DNA from: an uncultured Gemmatimonadaceae bacterium
GTDB taxonomy: Bacteria > Gemmatimonadota > Gemmatimonadetes > Gemmatimonadales > Gemmatimonadaceae
Length of the DNA stretch: 64,000 nt
Reading direction: 5' to 3'
Assembly: GCA_963829055.1 (NCBI GenBank)
Contig: CAWHHI010000012.1
Location: 256,001-320,000, forward strand
The translations under genes were made by a program, and so were the position numbers. Positions 1-10,587 of this stretch are shown here, in pieces (positions within the stretch are counted from its first letter, which is position 1; each line of letters starts with the position of its first letter). The notes under the pieces were generated by a model. That model was not told the origin of the DNA. It worked only from the letters and a program-made list of their open reading frames with translations, and searched no databases.

Positions 1-141
1 GTCCGTTCGGCGGTGCACTTTCATCCGGTGCGCACCATGGACGAAGTGATGGCGCTCGTGCTGCGCGGCGTCGCCACACCGCTGCCGGAACTGCCCGTCG
101 CGAGCACGGTTGCCGCCGTCCCCTCCGCGGTGACACACTGA
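1..141 (+). CDS. 3' end of a gene cut by the window edge, probably Lon protease
   Basis: Frame 1 reads VRSAVHFHPVRTMDEVMALVL...VTH*, resembling the Lon C-terminal tail. Its TGA overlaps the engB ATG, and lon-engB is a common gene order. Confidence 0.6.
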   Translation, partial: VRSAVHFHPVRTMDEVMALVLRGVATPLPELPVASTVAAVPSAVTH

Positions 142-818
142 TGTCGTCCGATACGGGCACCGACCCGCTCGTCATCCGCGACCTGAAGTTTCTCGGGCCG
201 ATGGCGACCGTGGACGGCTGGCGGCCGACAACGACACTGCCGGAAGTCGCGTTCGCTGGACGCTCGAACGTCGGCAAGTCGTCGCTGCTGAACAAGCTCG
301 TGCGTCGAAAGGCGTTCGCTCGAGTCAGCCGCACGCCCGGCCGAACGCGCGAGATCAACTTCTTCGAAGTGAATGGGCAGTTCGTGTTCGCGGACCTTCC
401 CGGGTACGGATACGCCCGGATCTCGAAAGAACGCCGCGCCGAGTGGCGTCCGCTGATCGAGTCGTACCTGCGACGGTCGCCAAACCTGCGCGGTGTGGTC
501 CAGCTCATCGACGTCCGACGGGAACCAAGCGACGATGATCTGCAGATGCTCGACTTTCTCGCTGAGGTCGGCGTCCCTACCATCGTTGCCGTGACGAAGG
601 TCGACAAGCTATCGACCGCAGCGGCCGCGGCGCGCGTCAGCGAGATCACGATCGCGTTAGGTCTCGACGGCGATCAGGTGATTCCGTTCAGTGCGCACAC
701 CGGCCTTGGCCGCGACGAGCTCGCCACTGCCATCGTGTCGCTGATGCAGTCGTCGTCCGACGAGGACGCGGGCGAGCCACCGGAACCACAGGAACCACAG
801 GAACCGGAGTTGGCGTGA
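141..818 (+). CDS. engB: Ribosome biogenesis GTP-binding protein YihA/YsxC
   Basis: PEVAFAGRSNVGKSSLLN, SRTPGRT, DLPGYG and TKVDK G-motifs. Confidence 0.95.
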   Translation: MSSDTGTDPLVIRDLKFLGPMATVDGWRPTTTLPEVAFAGRSNVGKSSLLNKLVRRKAFARVSRTPGRTREINFFEVNGQFVFADLPGYGYARISKERRAEWRPLIESYLRRSPNLRGVVQLIDVRREPSDDDLQMLDFLAEVGVPTIVAVTKVDKLSTAAAAARVSEITIALGLDGDQVIPFSAHTGLGRDELATAIVSLMQSSSDEDAGEPPEPQEPQEPELA

Positions 819-1525
819 TGGCACGGGCGGCATTGCACCGGTTTGCGTTGCTTGCCACGTCGTTCTCGGGGCTCTTCGGCTGCACCAGCACCGCCGGCAC
901 GCCGGCGCCATCGTCGGGAGTACCATCGCCGGTCGCGTCCGCAGCCGATACCTCGCGCGCCCAGCGCCGAGGTCCGAACGACCCGGTGTCGGCGCAGGAG
1001 GTCCCACCCGGATTCGGCACGCTCCGCCAGGACGACGTGTCTCTCCGCATCCGGAGCTCCAGCCTGCAGGTCCGCGCGACGCCGCTGGATGAGTTCGTCA
1101 TCCGGCTGCTCTCGCCCGATTCGTATCGAGCGATGTCCGAGCTCAGGCGCAGCAAGAGCGACGCGATCGCCCAGGTCGCGCGTCGCAACGGGGCGCGCGA
1201 CGTGAGCGTGTGGTACGTCTCGTTCTTCGCCGTGGAGCGTGGGGAAACTCGATTCAGTCCCCGTGAGTTCATCATCACGAACGTTGGCAGGGACTTTCGG
1301 CCGCTCGACGTCCTCCCGTTGACGCCAGGCTTCGGCGAACAACGCCTTGCACAGAACGGCCGGCAGGATGCGCTGTACGTGTTCGATGGTCAGCTCGATG
1401 TGCAGCAACCGCTCACGGTGTCCTACACGACGGAGCGCAACGACGACTGGGCGAGCATCCTGCCGCGCATCGAGCGCGAGCGCTCGCTCGTGAAGAGTCG
1501 AGCATCCGCCGGACGCGCTCCGTGA
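815..1525 (+). CDS. Hypothetical lipoprotein
   Basis: Signal peptide with lipobox (LFGC), Pro/Ser/Ala-rich linker, and start overlapping the engB stop. Confidence 0.7.
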   Translation: MMARAALHRFALLATSFSGLFGCTSTAGTPAPSSGVPSPVASAADTSRAQRRGPNDPVSAQEVPPGFGTLRQDDVSLRIRSSSLQVRATPLDEFVIRLLSPDSYRAMSELRRSKSDAIAQVARRNGARDVSVWYVSFFAVERGETRFSPREFIITNVGRDFRPLDVLPLTPGFGEQRLAQNGRQDALYVFDGQLDVQQPLTVSYTTERNDDWASILPRIERERSLVKSRASAGRAP

Positions 1526-1553
1526 CGGCCAGCCGTCGTTCGCCTCGCCTTGG

Positions 1554-1585
1554 GACTCGTTAGGATACGTGACGAGTCGTTAGGT
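1554..1585. promoter_or_regulatory. Intergenic inverted repeat overlapping two tandem TCGTTAGG copies; candidate operator
   Basis: GACTCGTTA-ggatacg-TGACGAGTC (1554-1578); CGTTAGG at 1558 and 1578. Confidence 0.35.
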
Positions 1586-1620
1586 TACTCCGATCCCCCA
1601 GCACTTCCGGGACTGTCGCC

Positions 1621-2548
1621 ATGGTACTTCGTCCTCTTCGCGCGCTTCCGCCGCGCTCCGATGTCGCGCTCGCCGACGCCTGGCTCGAGGAGCTCGCCGG
1701 CGCACTCGCCGACCCGCGGTGCGACCGCGCCCTGTTCTGCCGGCGGACGCTGGCCGAGTTGGCGTACCCGCAGTACGCCGCCAACTGGGACACCGCGGTC
1801 GCCGACGCGTCACTGCCTGTCGCCACGCGCCTCGCGCTCAGTGCCCTCGACCCGCGCAACATCACGCTCGAGCCGGAATACTACGCCGAGTGCGACGACG
1901 CGAAGTTCCAGGCCGTCAAGCCATTGTTGTGGCTCTGGTACTCGTTCGATCGCCTACCCATCGGCGGGCAGAACGTCGATCTCGGGATCAAACTCCGCCG
2001 ATTGCTCGCGCCGTACATCTTCAAGCGCTGCGGCGCGAACTTCAAAGCGTTCCAGAACGTCGAGTTCTCGTTCGGCTACAACATCGAGGCTGGCGACAAC
2101 GTGGTGGTGCACCGCCACGTGCTGCTCGACGATCGCGGCGGCATCGTGATGGGGAACAACGTTTCCATCAGCGACTACGCCAACATCTACAGCCACACGC
2201 ACAGCATCGTCGATCAGCGAGACGTCACCAACGCGGTGACCGTCCTCGACGACGGCGTGCGCATCACGTACCACGCGACGGTGCTCGCGGGCGTACACGT
2301 GGCTGAACAGGGCATGGTGGGCGCCATGGCGGTGGCGACGAAGGACGTGCGCGGCTACCACGTCTACGTCGGGCATCCCGGCGAAGAGCGTGCGCGTGAA
2401 GCCGAACGCGCCTCACGAGTCGACGCGCGTGACGAGCGTGCGCGGTTCGGCCGCCGGGCGACGGCGGCAGCAACGGGTAGCCGACGGGACCAGCCGATCA
2501 GATCACGCGCAGCACGTCCTCGGCTGGCCCGGCATCGCCGGTGCCTAA
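1621..2548 (+). CDS. Hexapeptide-repeat (left-handed beta-helix) acyltransferase; apparent frameshift near 2371, 3' end uncertain
   Basis: GDNVVVH, GNNVSIS, DDGVRIT and VLAGVHV repeats. Removing one G at 2371 restores the typical VYVGIPAKSVR tail. Confidence 0.8.
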
Positions 2549-2962
2549 CAAGATCTGGATGTGGGACAGCGCCTCGCGCTCCCGCGGCCACGTGAAGCGA
2601 GTGGATGCGTCCGCCAGCGTGAGCCATTCGTGACGCTGGTGTTCGTCGCCGAGCTTGACGTCGCTCGTCTCGCTCACGAACGCGGCGAACACGACCGCCA
2701 TCTGCACGACGCCAAGGGCGTGCAGGTAGAACGGCTGACAGGTGATGCTGTAGAGCCGATCGATCGTGAGCCCAGTCTCCTCGCGCACTTCACGGACGGC
2801 GGCGTCCTCGGGCCGCTCGCCGGTCTCCATGCGCCCGTGCACGGTCTCCCACGACGCGGGGCAGCGGGTATTCAGCCCGCGCTGGAGCGCGAGGACGAGC
2901 CAGTCGGGGCGATACGGGCGGATGACGTACACGTCCACGACGCCGACGCGAATTTCAGTCAT
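2498..2962 (-). CDS. NUDIX hydrolase (NudB-like)
   Basis: Nudix box GRMETGERPEDAAVREVREETGL; EHQRHEWL motif. Confidence 0.9.
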   Translation of the reverse strand: MTEIRVGVVDVYVIRPYRPDWLVLALQRGLNTRCPASWETVHGRMETGERPEDAAVREVREETGLTIDRLYSITCQPFYLHALGVVQMAVVFAAFVSETSDVKLGDEHQRHEWLTLADASTRFTWPREREALSHIQILLGTGDAGPAEDVLRVI

Positions 2963-3001
2963 TCGCGTAAGCTATCAGCGATCGACGTATGAGCTGCTCG
3001 C

Positions 3002-5242
3002 CTACGCTTTCATCTTCAACAACGCACGCAGTCGCGCACTGAGCGCACGTGGGCGGAACGGCTTCGTCAGAAAATCGTTTGCGCCCGTCTCGAACACGCG
3101 CACCTCGTTCTCTTCGTCGCCCTTCGCCGTCAGCACGATCACCGGCAACTTCGCGGTCGACGGACGGGCGCGCAGGTGACTCAACACGCCGTAGCCATCG
3201 AGACGCGGCAGATTGAGGTCGAGCACGATCACATCGGGCGCGCTTCGATCGACCTCATCGAGCGCGGCAACGCCGTCAGCGGCTTCGACGACGGTGAACC
3301 CGTCCCGCTCGAGCAGGTCACGCAGCACGCGACGGAGCGGCTCCTCATCCTCGACGAGCAGCACCGTCTTCTTGCCGTTGAACGTCTCGTCGAACAGGTC
3401 GTCGAGCAGCTGTAGCGCGTCGTCGGGAATGGCCGCTGGCCTGACGACACCATTGCGAGCCGGAGTCCGCGTGGACTTCGTTGTCCCCGAGTCCTGCCGG
3501 CCACGTCCCGTATCGCGATTGTCGTCGCGAGGCGCGGGAGCGCGACGCACCGGCGTCTCGGTCGGCGGCTCGACGACGCGGAGCAGCTCGTCGAGTGTTG
3601 TTTCTCCTGACCGCACATGCTCGACGCCCGACTCCCACAGCGTCTTCATCCCGCTCGCGCGCGCCGACTCGGCAAGCACGTCGGCGGTTTCGCCGTCGGC
3701 AATGAGCCGCTCGAGATCGCTGTTGACGGTGAGCACTTCCATCACCGCCATTCGACCGCGGTACCCGGTCTGCGAACATTCGGGACAGCCGACCGCCTTG
3801 AACAGCGTCATGCCGTGCGGAAGCCACCGGCGCATCCGCTCGGACACCGGATCGTTCGATTCCTGCCGGCACACCGTGCACAGGCGACGGAACAGCCGCT
3901 GCGCGACGACGCCCTTGAGCGCCGCAGCGATCTTGTAGCCGTCCACGCCGATGTCCACGAGACGTGCGATGGAGCTCGCGGCGTCGATGGTGTGAAGCGT
4001 CGACAACACCAGGTGGCCCGTGAGCGACGCCTGCACGGCGATGGACGCGGTCTCCTTGTCACGGATCTCACCGACGAGAATGACGTCCGGATCCTGACGC
4101 AGGATGGACCGCAGCGCGTTCGCGAAGTTGAGCCCGGCCTTCTCGTTCACCTGCACCTGCACGATGCCCTGCAGCTTGTACTCGACGGGATCTTCGACCG
4201 TCACGATGTTGACGGCGCGCTGCTGAATCTGGCGGAGCGCGGAGTACAGCGTGGTGGTCTTGCCGGAACCAGTGGGCCCGGTGACGAGCACGATGCCTTC
4301 ACGAAGGTTCACGAGCTCGTTGAGTCGCCGACCCTCGTCGGCGAGCAAGCCAAGACTGTCGAGCGACAGCACGGTCGAGCGGCTGTCGAGAATTCGGATG
4401 ACGACCTTCTCGCCGTACGACGCCGGCAGCGTCGACACACGCAGATCGACGCGCGTCCCGTTCACCGACACGCGCGCGCGACCGTCCTGCGGGCGCAGGC
4501 GATCGGCGATGTCCATCTGCGCCATGATCTTGATGCGCGACACCAGCGGCAGGCCGGCGGCGCGCGGCAGCGTCATCGTCTCGCGAAGCACGCCGTCGAT
4601 GCGGTAGCGAACCGCGACGCCACCCTCCTCGGGCTCGAGGTGGATGTCGCTCGCGCGCGTCGTGATCGCTTCGGCAATGATGTGATCGACGAGCCGAATG
4701 ACCGGCCGTTCCGACGCGCGATCGGCCGAGAGGTTGAAGTCCTCGTCGTCTCCCGTTTCGGCGATGGTGTCGATGTCATAGCGACCGGCGACGCCCGCGA
4801 GAATGTTCTCGACAGCCGTCTCGGGCTGGTAGAGCTCATCGATGCGGGTGGCGATGGCCCCCGGAGCCGCGAGCTGCATACGCACTGTACGGCCGGTCGC
4901 GAACGCGAGCATCCGCTCACAGTCGAGGTCATGCGGATCGGCCGTGGCGATGTCGAGCGCGGAGTCCGAGACGGCGAGCGGTACGATGCGATACTTGCGC
5001 GCCAGCGACTCGGGGACGACCTCGCGCGCTTGCGACGTGGACACCGCGAGGTCGGCGAGCTTCATCCGAAATCGCGACGCGAGCGCTTTCAGAATCGCAT
5101 CGTCGGCGACGGAGCCTCCGCGAACCGCTGCGTCCCAGTAGCTCTCGGTGTCCTGCTGCTTCAGCTGTTCGAATAGGTCGCGCGCAATGAGCCCCTCGAG
5201 CGTCGGGAGCAGCCATTCATCGCGCACAGGGCGGTGGGCCAT
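3002..5242 (-). CDS. PilB/GspE-family secretion/pilus ATPase with C-terminal response-regulator receiver domain
   Basis: ASDIHLEP, GPTGSGKTTT, TVEDPVE, LRQDPDVILVGEIRD, CxxC...CxxC zinc site, then VLLVEDE...LDLNLP...LTAK...FLTKPF. Confidence 0.92.
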   Translation of the reverse strand: MAHRPVRDEWLLPTLEGLIARDLFEQLKQQDTESYWDAAVRGGSVADDAILKALASRFRMKLADLAVSTSQAREVVPESLARKYRIVPLAVSDSALDIATADPHDLDCERMLAFATGRTVRMQLAAPGAIATRIDELYQPETAVENILAGVAGRYDIDTIAETGDDEDFNLSADRASERPVIRLVDHIIAEAITTRASDIHLEPEEGGVAVRYRIDGVLRETMTLPRAAGLPLVSRIKIMAQMDIADRLRPQDGRARVSVNGTRVDLRVSTLPASYGEKVVIRILDSRSTVLSLDSLGLLADEGRRLNELVNLREGIVLVTGPTGSGKTTTLYSALRQIQQRAVNIVTVEDPVEYKLQGIVQVQVNEKAGLNFANALRSILRQDPDVILVGEIRDKETASIAVQASLTGHLVLSTLHTIDAASSIARLVDIGVDGYKIAAALKGVVAQRLFRRLCTVCRQESNDPVSERMRRWLPHGMTLFKAVGCPECSQTGYRGRMAVMEVLTVNSDLERLIADGETADVLAESARASGMKTLWESGVEHVRSGETTLDELLRVVEPPTETPVRRAPAPRDDNRDTGRGRQDSGTTKSTRTPARNGVVRPAAIPDDALQLLDDLFDETFNGKKTVLLVEDEEPLRRVLRDLLERDGFTVVEAADGVAALDEVDRSAPDVIVLDLNLPRLDGYGVLSHLRARPSTAKLPVIVLTAKGDEENEVRVFETGANDFLTKPFRPRALSARLRALLKMKA

Positions 5243-5308
5243 TTTGCGTTGCGGGCTCGTTCGTGATGCGGCTTGGGCGCACCGCACCAAGTCCGCGGCC
5301 CGCCGCTG

Positions 5309-7402
5309 CTACAGAATCGACCAGAAGTCTCTAATCACGTCGACGGAGAACGTCCATCGTCCGTCACGGAATCCTTTCGCGACATCGAATCGCAGGAGGT
5401 CGAAGACGGTCAACACGCCGATCCCCACCGCCGGGTACCACCCTGCTCCCCGCCCGCCCGGATCCGCGTTCTCGACCCGCGCGAGATAGGCGGTATGCGC
5501 GAACGGAGCGAGCGTCGCCGAGCGCCCCGTATTCCCATACCGACCGAGCGAGACTGACGGAAACGGAATGGAGAACCGCGTCTCGACACGCTGGCTCGCA
5601 CCGAACCGTCCGACGAGCTCATGGAACTCGTAGCCCGGCGCCGTGGTCGGCCCGCCCAGATAGACGAACTCCTGTGGCGGAAGGTCAGGGCCAATCGCAC
5701 CGGCGGCGGAAGTCCGCAGGACGACCCGCGTGCGACCGATGGGACGCTCTCCCTGGAGGCCCACCCAGCCACGCCCGAACGTCATTTTTGCGCCGCCGCC
5801 GGCGGTATCGACCGTGGCGCGTGTCGCTCGCGCTTCGCCCCCAAGCCGCACCTCGAAGCCGCCCACGCTCAGAGCCGTGGGGCGTTCGAATGAAAGCACG
5901 GCGCGAGGACCGTGGAGCTTCCAGGCGGCGATCGTAGGCTCGTATTGGCCCGACGCCGGGGTCGCATTGACCTCGAGGCGGTCCTGCCATTCATAGCCGC
6001 CGGTCAGCCGCCAGCGGCCTCCCGCGCGGTTCCCGAGATCGAGCGTCAGTGAGCCGCCCCGGGTGTCATACGGGTCGGTGTAGTCGCTTCCGAACTCCTG
6101 GGCAGCAATGGTATTTCGGAGCAACGAGGTCTCGGGCTCGTCGCCCGCGTCGCGGAACGAGCGGAACAACCGAAGCTGTAGGCCGCTGGCGTTTGCCCGC
6201 TCCCACCCGAGGACGAATTCGCCTTTCGGCTCGTGGTCATCGAAGCCGAAACGGCCGGACACTCGTGAGTAGACGCCGTCTCCGAATCGTTTTCCGACGC
6301 CAACCCCGAGCGCGAGCCCCTCCACCCGGTTCACGCGCGCGAACTCGGAAATCGACCTCGCGCTCAACGACGTCTCTCGAGTCCTGGCGAGTGCACTCGC
6401 GCGCACGAGCGAGCGTGCCTCTTCCTGCACGCGCCGGACGTCTTCGTCGGTCACGGCTCGAACGTCCGGCGGAAGCGAATCGAGGATCCGTCCCTTCCAC
6501 ACGTGCGCGCGTTGCTCGGCGCGCGGCGCCTGCACGATCTCCGGTCCCGTGAACTGCGCCGGACTGAACCCCTTGTTCACCTGATAGCAACAGATCTCCC
6601 ACCGCCCGCGGATGATGCCGCGTGCGGGATAATCGAGCCACGAGCCCGTTCGACGGATCTCGATCTCCTGCCGGCGCGGGAGCCAGAAGCGATTCTCGAT
6701 GAGGGCGTTCTCGAGCACGATCGACACGTCTTCGAGCTGCTTGTCGATGAGCGCGGCGCGCGTGAAGCTGAACGCCATGCGGACGACGGTCGCCTGCTCG
6801 CGATCGATGTAGACAGCCCCCACCGCCGCCGGCACACGGTCGTCCTTGGGGCGTACTCGCACTTCGAGAACATCGATGGCGCGATCCGGTAGCTGGATGC
6901 GAAGCGAATCGCTGATCGCGTAGTCGTACGCCGCGAGTCCACGGGACGACAGCGGGTGAGGCACGTCCCTCACCTCGTCGCCATCGCCCAGCCGCATGAT
7001 GTTCGGAAAGTTGTTCTGGACGATGCCGAGGTGGTCGCGGTGGTAGTTGATGTCCGTCGGCAGTAACAGCGTGTCGCGCCGCCCGACGATCCGCTGCTTG
7101 CTGAGGTCGGGCGAGCGCCAATAAACTTCCAGCGCGAGCTCGTCGGCTTTCACGATCTTCGGCGGCTCGGGAAATCCCTCACCAACTTGCGCGAGGAACG
7201 TCAGGTAGCCGTGCGCGGCCGCCTGGTAATCCACGAGCGCCGTATCGGCCAGTTGCGCCGCTCGGCGCGCGGTTGCGCGCTCGACGAGGGCACGAGTTCG
7301 CGCGTCGTTCCACGTTTGAGCCGCCACCGCGCTCGGCGCGAGTGCGACAACCCCTGACGACACCAGAACCGCGGCGGTCAGCGCCGCGAGAGCCCGAAGC
7401 AT
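5309..7402 (-). CDS. Exported protein, probably outer-membrane beta-barrel
   Basis: Signal peptide; C-terminal half with alternating aromatic/hydrophobic strands ending WTFSVDVIRDFWSIL. Confidence 0.65.
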   Translation of the reverse strand: MLRALAALTAAVLVSSGVVALAPSAVAAQTWNDARTRALVERATARRAAQLADTALVDYQAAAHGYLTFLAQVGEGFPEPPKIVKADELALEVYWRSPDLSKQRIVGRRDTLLLPTDINYHRDHLGIVQNNFPNIMRLGDGDEVRDVPHPLSSRGLAAYDYAISDSLRIQLPDRAIDVLEVRVRPKDDRVPAAVGAVYIDREQATVVRMAFSFTRAALIDKQLEDVSIVLENALIENRFWLPRRQEIEIRRTGSWLDYPARGIIRGRWEICCYQVNKGFSPAQFTGPEIVQAPRAEQRAHVWKGRILDSLPPDVRAVTDEDVRRVQEEARSLVRASALARTRETSLSARSISEFARVNRVEGLALGVGVGKRFGDGVYSRVSGRFGFDDHEPKGEFVLGWERANASGLQLRLFRSFRDAGDEPETSLLRNTIAAQEFGSDYTDPYDTRGGSLTLDLGNRAGGRWRLTGGYEWQDRLEVNATPASGQYEPTIAAWKLHGPRAVLSFERPTALSVGGFEVRLGGEARATRATVDTAGGGAKMTFGRGWVGLQGERPIGRTRVVLRTSAAGAIGPDLPPQEFVYLGGPTTAPGYEFHELVGRFGASQRVETRFSIPFPSVSLGRYGNTGRSATLAPFAHTAYLARVENADPGGRGAGWYPAVGIGVLTVFDLLRFDVAKGFRDGRWTFSVDVIRDFWSIL

Positions 7403-7498
7403 GATTGCCGAATATCGCCGACGTCAGAGGCGCCTACAAGCGTCGTCCCACCTCCAGCACGCGCGGGTTCATGCTGCCCGACCAGCAACGGACCGCGC

Positions 7499-8981
7499 GT
7501 GACGTTCGATCGATTTCGTGACCTCTCCAGAACGGCCGGCCTCGTCCCCGTCTGGCGCGAGATTCTGCTCGACACGGACACACCGGTCTCGGCCTTCGCG
7601 AAGCTGCGGCGCGGTCAGTTCGCGTTCCTGCTCGAGTCGGCTCCCGCCGGGAGCGAGACATGGTCCCGCTACACGTTCATGGGAACCGAGCCGCGAGCCG
7701 CCTGGCGATTGCGCGATGGCAACGTGGAAGATTGGACCGCGGAGCGCGGTTGGCATGCGCAACGCCAAACCGTTGATGCGCTCGCCGATCTGGAACGCAT
7801 CGTGACGGAATACGCCCCGGCCGACGTGCCCGAGCTCGGCGCGTTCTGGGGCGGGGCCGTCGGCTACTTCGGCTACGATGTCGTTCGCGAGATAGAGCAC
7901 CTGCCCTCGCCGCCACCGAGAGGCGTGAACGCGCCCGACGCGCTGTTCGTGCTGACAGGTGCCGTCGTCATCATCGACAACTTGCGAGCCCAGGCACGCA
8001 TCGTGGTTGGCGTTCCTGTGCCTCCGAACATGTCGGACGAAGCGCTGCGAGCCGCCTATCGACGTCGCACAGCGCGAGATCGATGACATTGAGCATCGGT
8101 TCCGACAACCGCTGCCGCTCCCACCGCTGCGCCTCGATCGCGGTGCCGCCGCGGTCGTCGGCGAATCGAATTACGAGCGGGAGAAATTTCTCGCCGACGT
8201 CGAGCGCATTCGCGAGTACATCTTCGCCGGCGATTGCTTTCAGGCGTTGCTGTCGCGCCGCATCCGCGTCGCACACGATTTTCCGTCGGACTCGCTCTAT
8301 CGCGCGCTGCGCGCGCTCAACCCGTCGCCGTACATGTATCACCTCGTGCTCGACGGGCTGGAGCTCGTCGGCAGCTCACCGGAGTTGCTCGTTCGCGTCG
8401 CCGATGGTCGGGTCACGGTGCGCCCCATCGCCGGCACGCGCCCCCGCGGCGCGACCGCGCCCGAAGACGAGCGTCTCGCGGCCGAGCTTCTCGCCGATGA
8501 GAAGGAACGTGCGGAGCACGTGATGCTCGTGGACCTCGGTCGCAACGACGTCGGACGCGTAGCGCGGTACGGCTCCGTGTCGGTGACGGAGTTGATGCGC
8601 ATCGAGCGGTACTCGCACGTGCTGCACATCGTGAGTCAGGTCGAGGGCGAGTTGCGCGAGGGCGTCACCGGCCTCGATGTATTTCGCGCGACGTTCCCGG
8701 CGGGCACGATGACGGGAGCACCCAAGGTTCGCGCCATGGAGATCATCGACGAGATGGAGCCTGAGCGACGCGGCCCGTACGCGGGCGCGGTCGGATACAT
8801 CGCCGCCGGCGCCCAGCGCATGGATCTGGCGATCACGATTCGCACCTGCGTCATCGCCGACGGCGTGGCGTCGGTGCAGACCGGCGCCGGCATCGTCGCC
8901 GACTCGGTGCCGGAGCGCGAGTGGGAGGAGACCGAGAACAAGGCTCGGGCTCTGCTCACGGCCATCGGTCAGATCCGCTAG
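7499..8981 (+). CDS. trpE: Anthranilate synthase component I (chorismate-binding); frameshift near 8058
   Basis: AFLLES, SRYTFMG, GAVGYFGYD in the first ORF; NPSPYMY, SSPELLV, PIAGTRPRG, EHVMLVDLGRND, GAPKVRAM in the second. Confidence 0.88.
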
Positions 8982-8990
8982 CTTCTGCGC

Positions 8991-10583
8991 ATGGCGTTTC
9001 GGCTCGTCAGTCCAGACGGCGATCAGGTGTTCGAGCTGCGCCGCGGAGCGGCGTTGACGGTGGGACGCGCGCTCACGAGCGACGTCCCACTGCTCGACCC
9101 CACCGTATCCCGCCGGCACGCGTCGCTCGTCGCGGACGAGGCGGGCATCGAGCTCAACGACCTCGGCTCGAGCAACGGCACGTTCGTGAACGGCGCGCGC
9201 GTGGAGCACGCGCGCGTGTCTCCGGGCGACGTGCTGACGTTTGGCAAGCTGTCGTTCAACGTCAATCAGATCGAAGCGTCGGAGAACGGAGGTGACGGGC
9301 ACAGCTCGCGCTTCGCGCCAACCATCGTGCGGCAACGCGCGGTGCCTGACGCGCAACAGGCATTCGCCGACGCGTTGCGAGCGAGCGGCTCGCAGGCGGT
9401 GGTGGACGAGACGGCCATCGTCCTGTCCGAAGAGCAACGCATTCGTCAGAAGCTCGCGTTGCTGCTCGAGGTGTCGAAGGCGCTCACGCGCGCGCCGGAT
9501 GTCGTCACGCTGCTCGAGAAGATCGCCGAGATGGTGTTCCAGATCCTGGACGTCGATCGTTTCTCGATCCTTCTCCTCGACGAATCGGGCGACCTCATTC
9601 CCAGCATTGCCCGCGACAGGAGCGGCGCAAATCTTGGACGGACAGTGCCGCTGTCCATCGCTCGAAAGGCCATCGAGGAGAAGATCGCGATTCTGTCCGA
9701 CAACGCGCCGGAAGATCTGCGCTTCGCGGGCCAGTCGATCGTGCATCAGCAGGTCCGGTCCGCGGTCTGCGCACCGCTGATCGGGACCGAGAGCCGCGTG
9801 GTGGGCGTGCTGTACGTCGACAGCCTGACGAGCGCCCATCGCTTCAACGAGGATGACCTCGACTTCGTGGTCGCGTTCTCCGGCATCGTCGCCGTCGCAA
9901 TCGAGAACAGCCGCTTCGCCGAGCGTATCCGGCACGAGACGGTCGTGCGCAGCAACTTCGAGCGGTTCTTCAGCCCTGGGATGGCCGCGCGGATCGCCGG
10001 ATCGCCGGACGCCATCGCGTTAGGTGGCGAGCGACGATCCGTGGCCGTGTTGTTCGCGGACATCCGCAACTTCACGCCGCTCTCGGCCACCATGAGCCCG
10101 GATCAGACGGCACTGCTGCTGACGGAGTTCTTCACCGAGATGGTCGAGTGCGTGTTCAAGCACGGCGGTACGCTCGACAAGTTCATCGGCGATGCGGTCA
10201 TGGCCCAGTGGGGCGCGCCCATCACCGAGCTGGATGACGCCGATCGCGCGCTCGACGCGGCCGTCGACATGATGCGGTCGCTCGACGGTCTCAACATCCG
10301 CTGGCGCGAGCAGAAGCGTCCCGAGCTTCAGGTGGGGATCGGTCTCAATTACGGCGAAGCGTTCGCCGGTAACATCGGGTCGGAACGGCGACTGGAGTTC
10401 ACGGTCATCGGCGACACGGTGAACACCGCGAGCCGGTTGTGCGCGTGGGCCGAGGGTGGCGAGATCCTGCTGTCGCAGGCGTTCCGAGAGGCGCTCACGC
10501 GTCCGCACCCGCTCGTCGAGCGAACGCCGCTGTCGCTTCGTGGAAAGACCGAGCCGGTGGTCGTCTACCGAGCTCTCGCCTGA
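8991..10583 (+). CDS. Class III adenylate/guanylate cyclase with N-terminal FHA and GAF domains
   Basis: FHA (VGR, VSRRHA, DLGSSNGTFVNG), GAF (CAPL, VLYVDS), cyclase (FADIRNFT, DKFIGDAVM, GDTVNTASRL). Confidence 0.92.
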   Translation: MAFRLVSPDGDQVFELRRGAALTVGRALTSDVPLLDPTVSRRHASLVADEAGIELNDLGSSNGTFVNGARVEHARVSPGDVLTFGKLSFNVNQIEASENGGDGHSSRFAPTIVRQRAVPDAQQAFADALRASGSQAVVDETAIVLSEEQRIRQKLALLLEVSKALTRAPDVVTLLEKIAEMVFQILDVDRFSILLLDESGDLIPSIARDRSGANLGRTVPLSIARKAIEEKIAILSDNAPEDLRFAGQSIVHQQVRSAVCAPLIGTESRVVGVLYVDSLTSAHRFNEDDLDFVVAFSGIVAVAIENSRFAERIRHETVVRSNFERFFSPGMAARIAGSPDAIALGGERRSVAVLFADIRNFTPLSATMSPDQTALLLTEFFTEMVECVFKHGGTLDKFIGDAVMAQWGAPITELDDADRALDAAVDMMRSLDGLNIRWREQKRPELQVGIGLNYGEAFAGNIGSERRLEFTVIGDTVNTASRLCAWAEGGEILLSQAFREALTRPHPLVERTPLSLRGKTEPVVVYRALA

Positions 10584-10587
10584 CCGC

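Noticed and set aside
780..808. GGAACCACA-type 9-bp tandem repeat at the engB 3' end
   Set aside because: The unit is a multiple of three and encodes a low-complexity EPQ tail, so it has no frame effect.
3617..5176. Long antisense or alternate-frame ORFs (e.g. 3617-5176, 8376-9935, 32102-33745, 45410-46777)
   Set aside because: These are shadows of well-supported genes, expected at high GC, and have no recognisable motifs.
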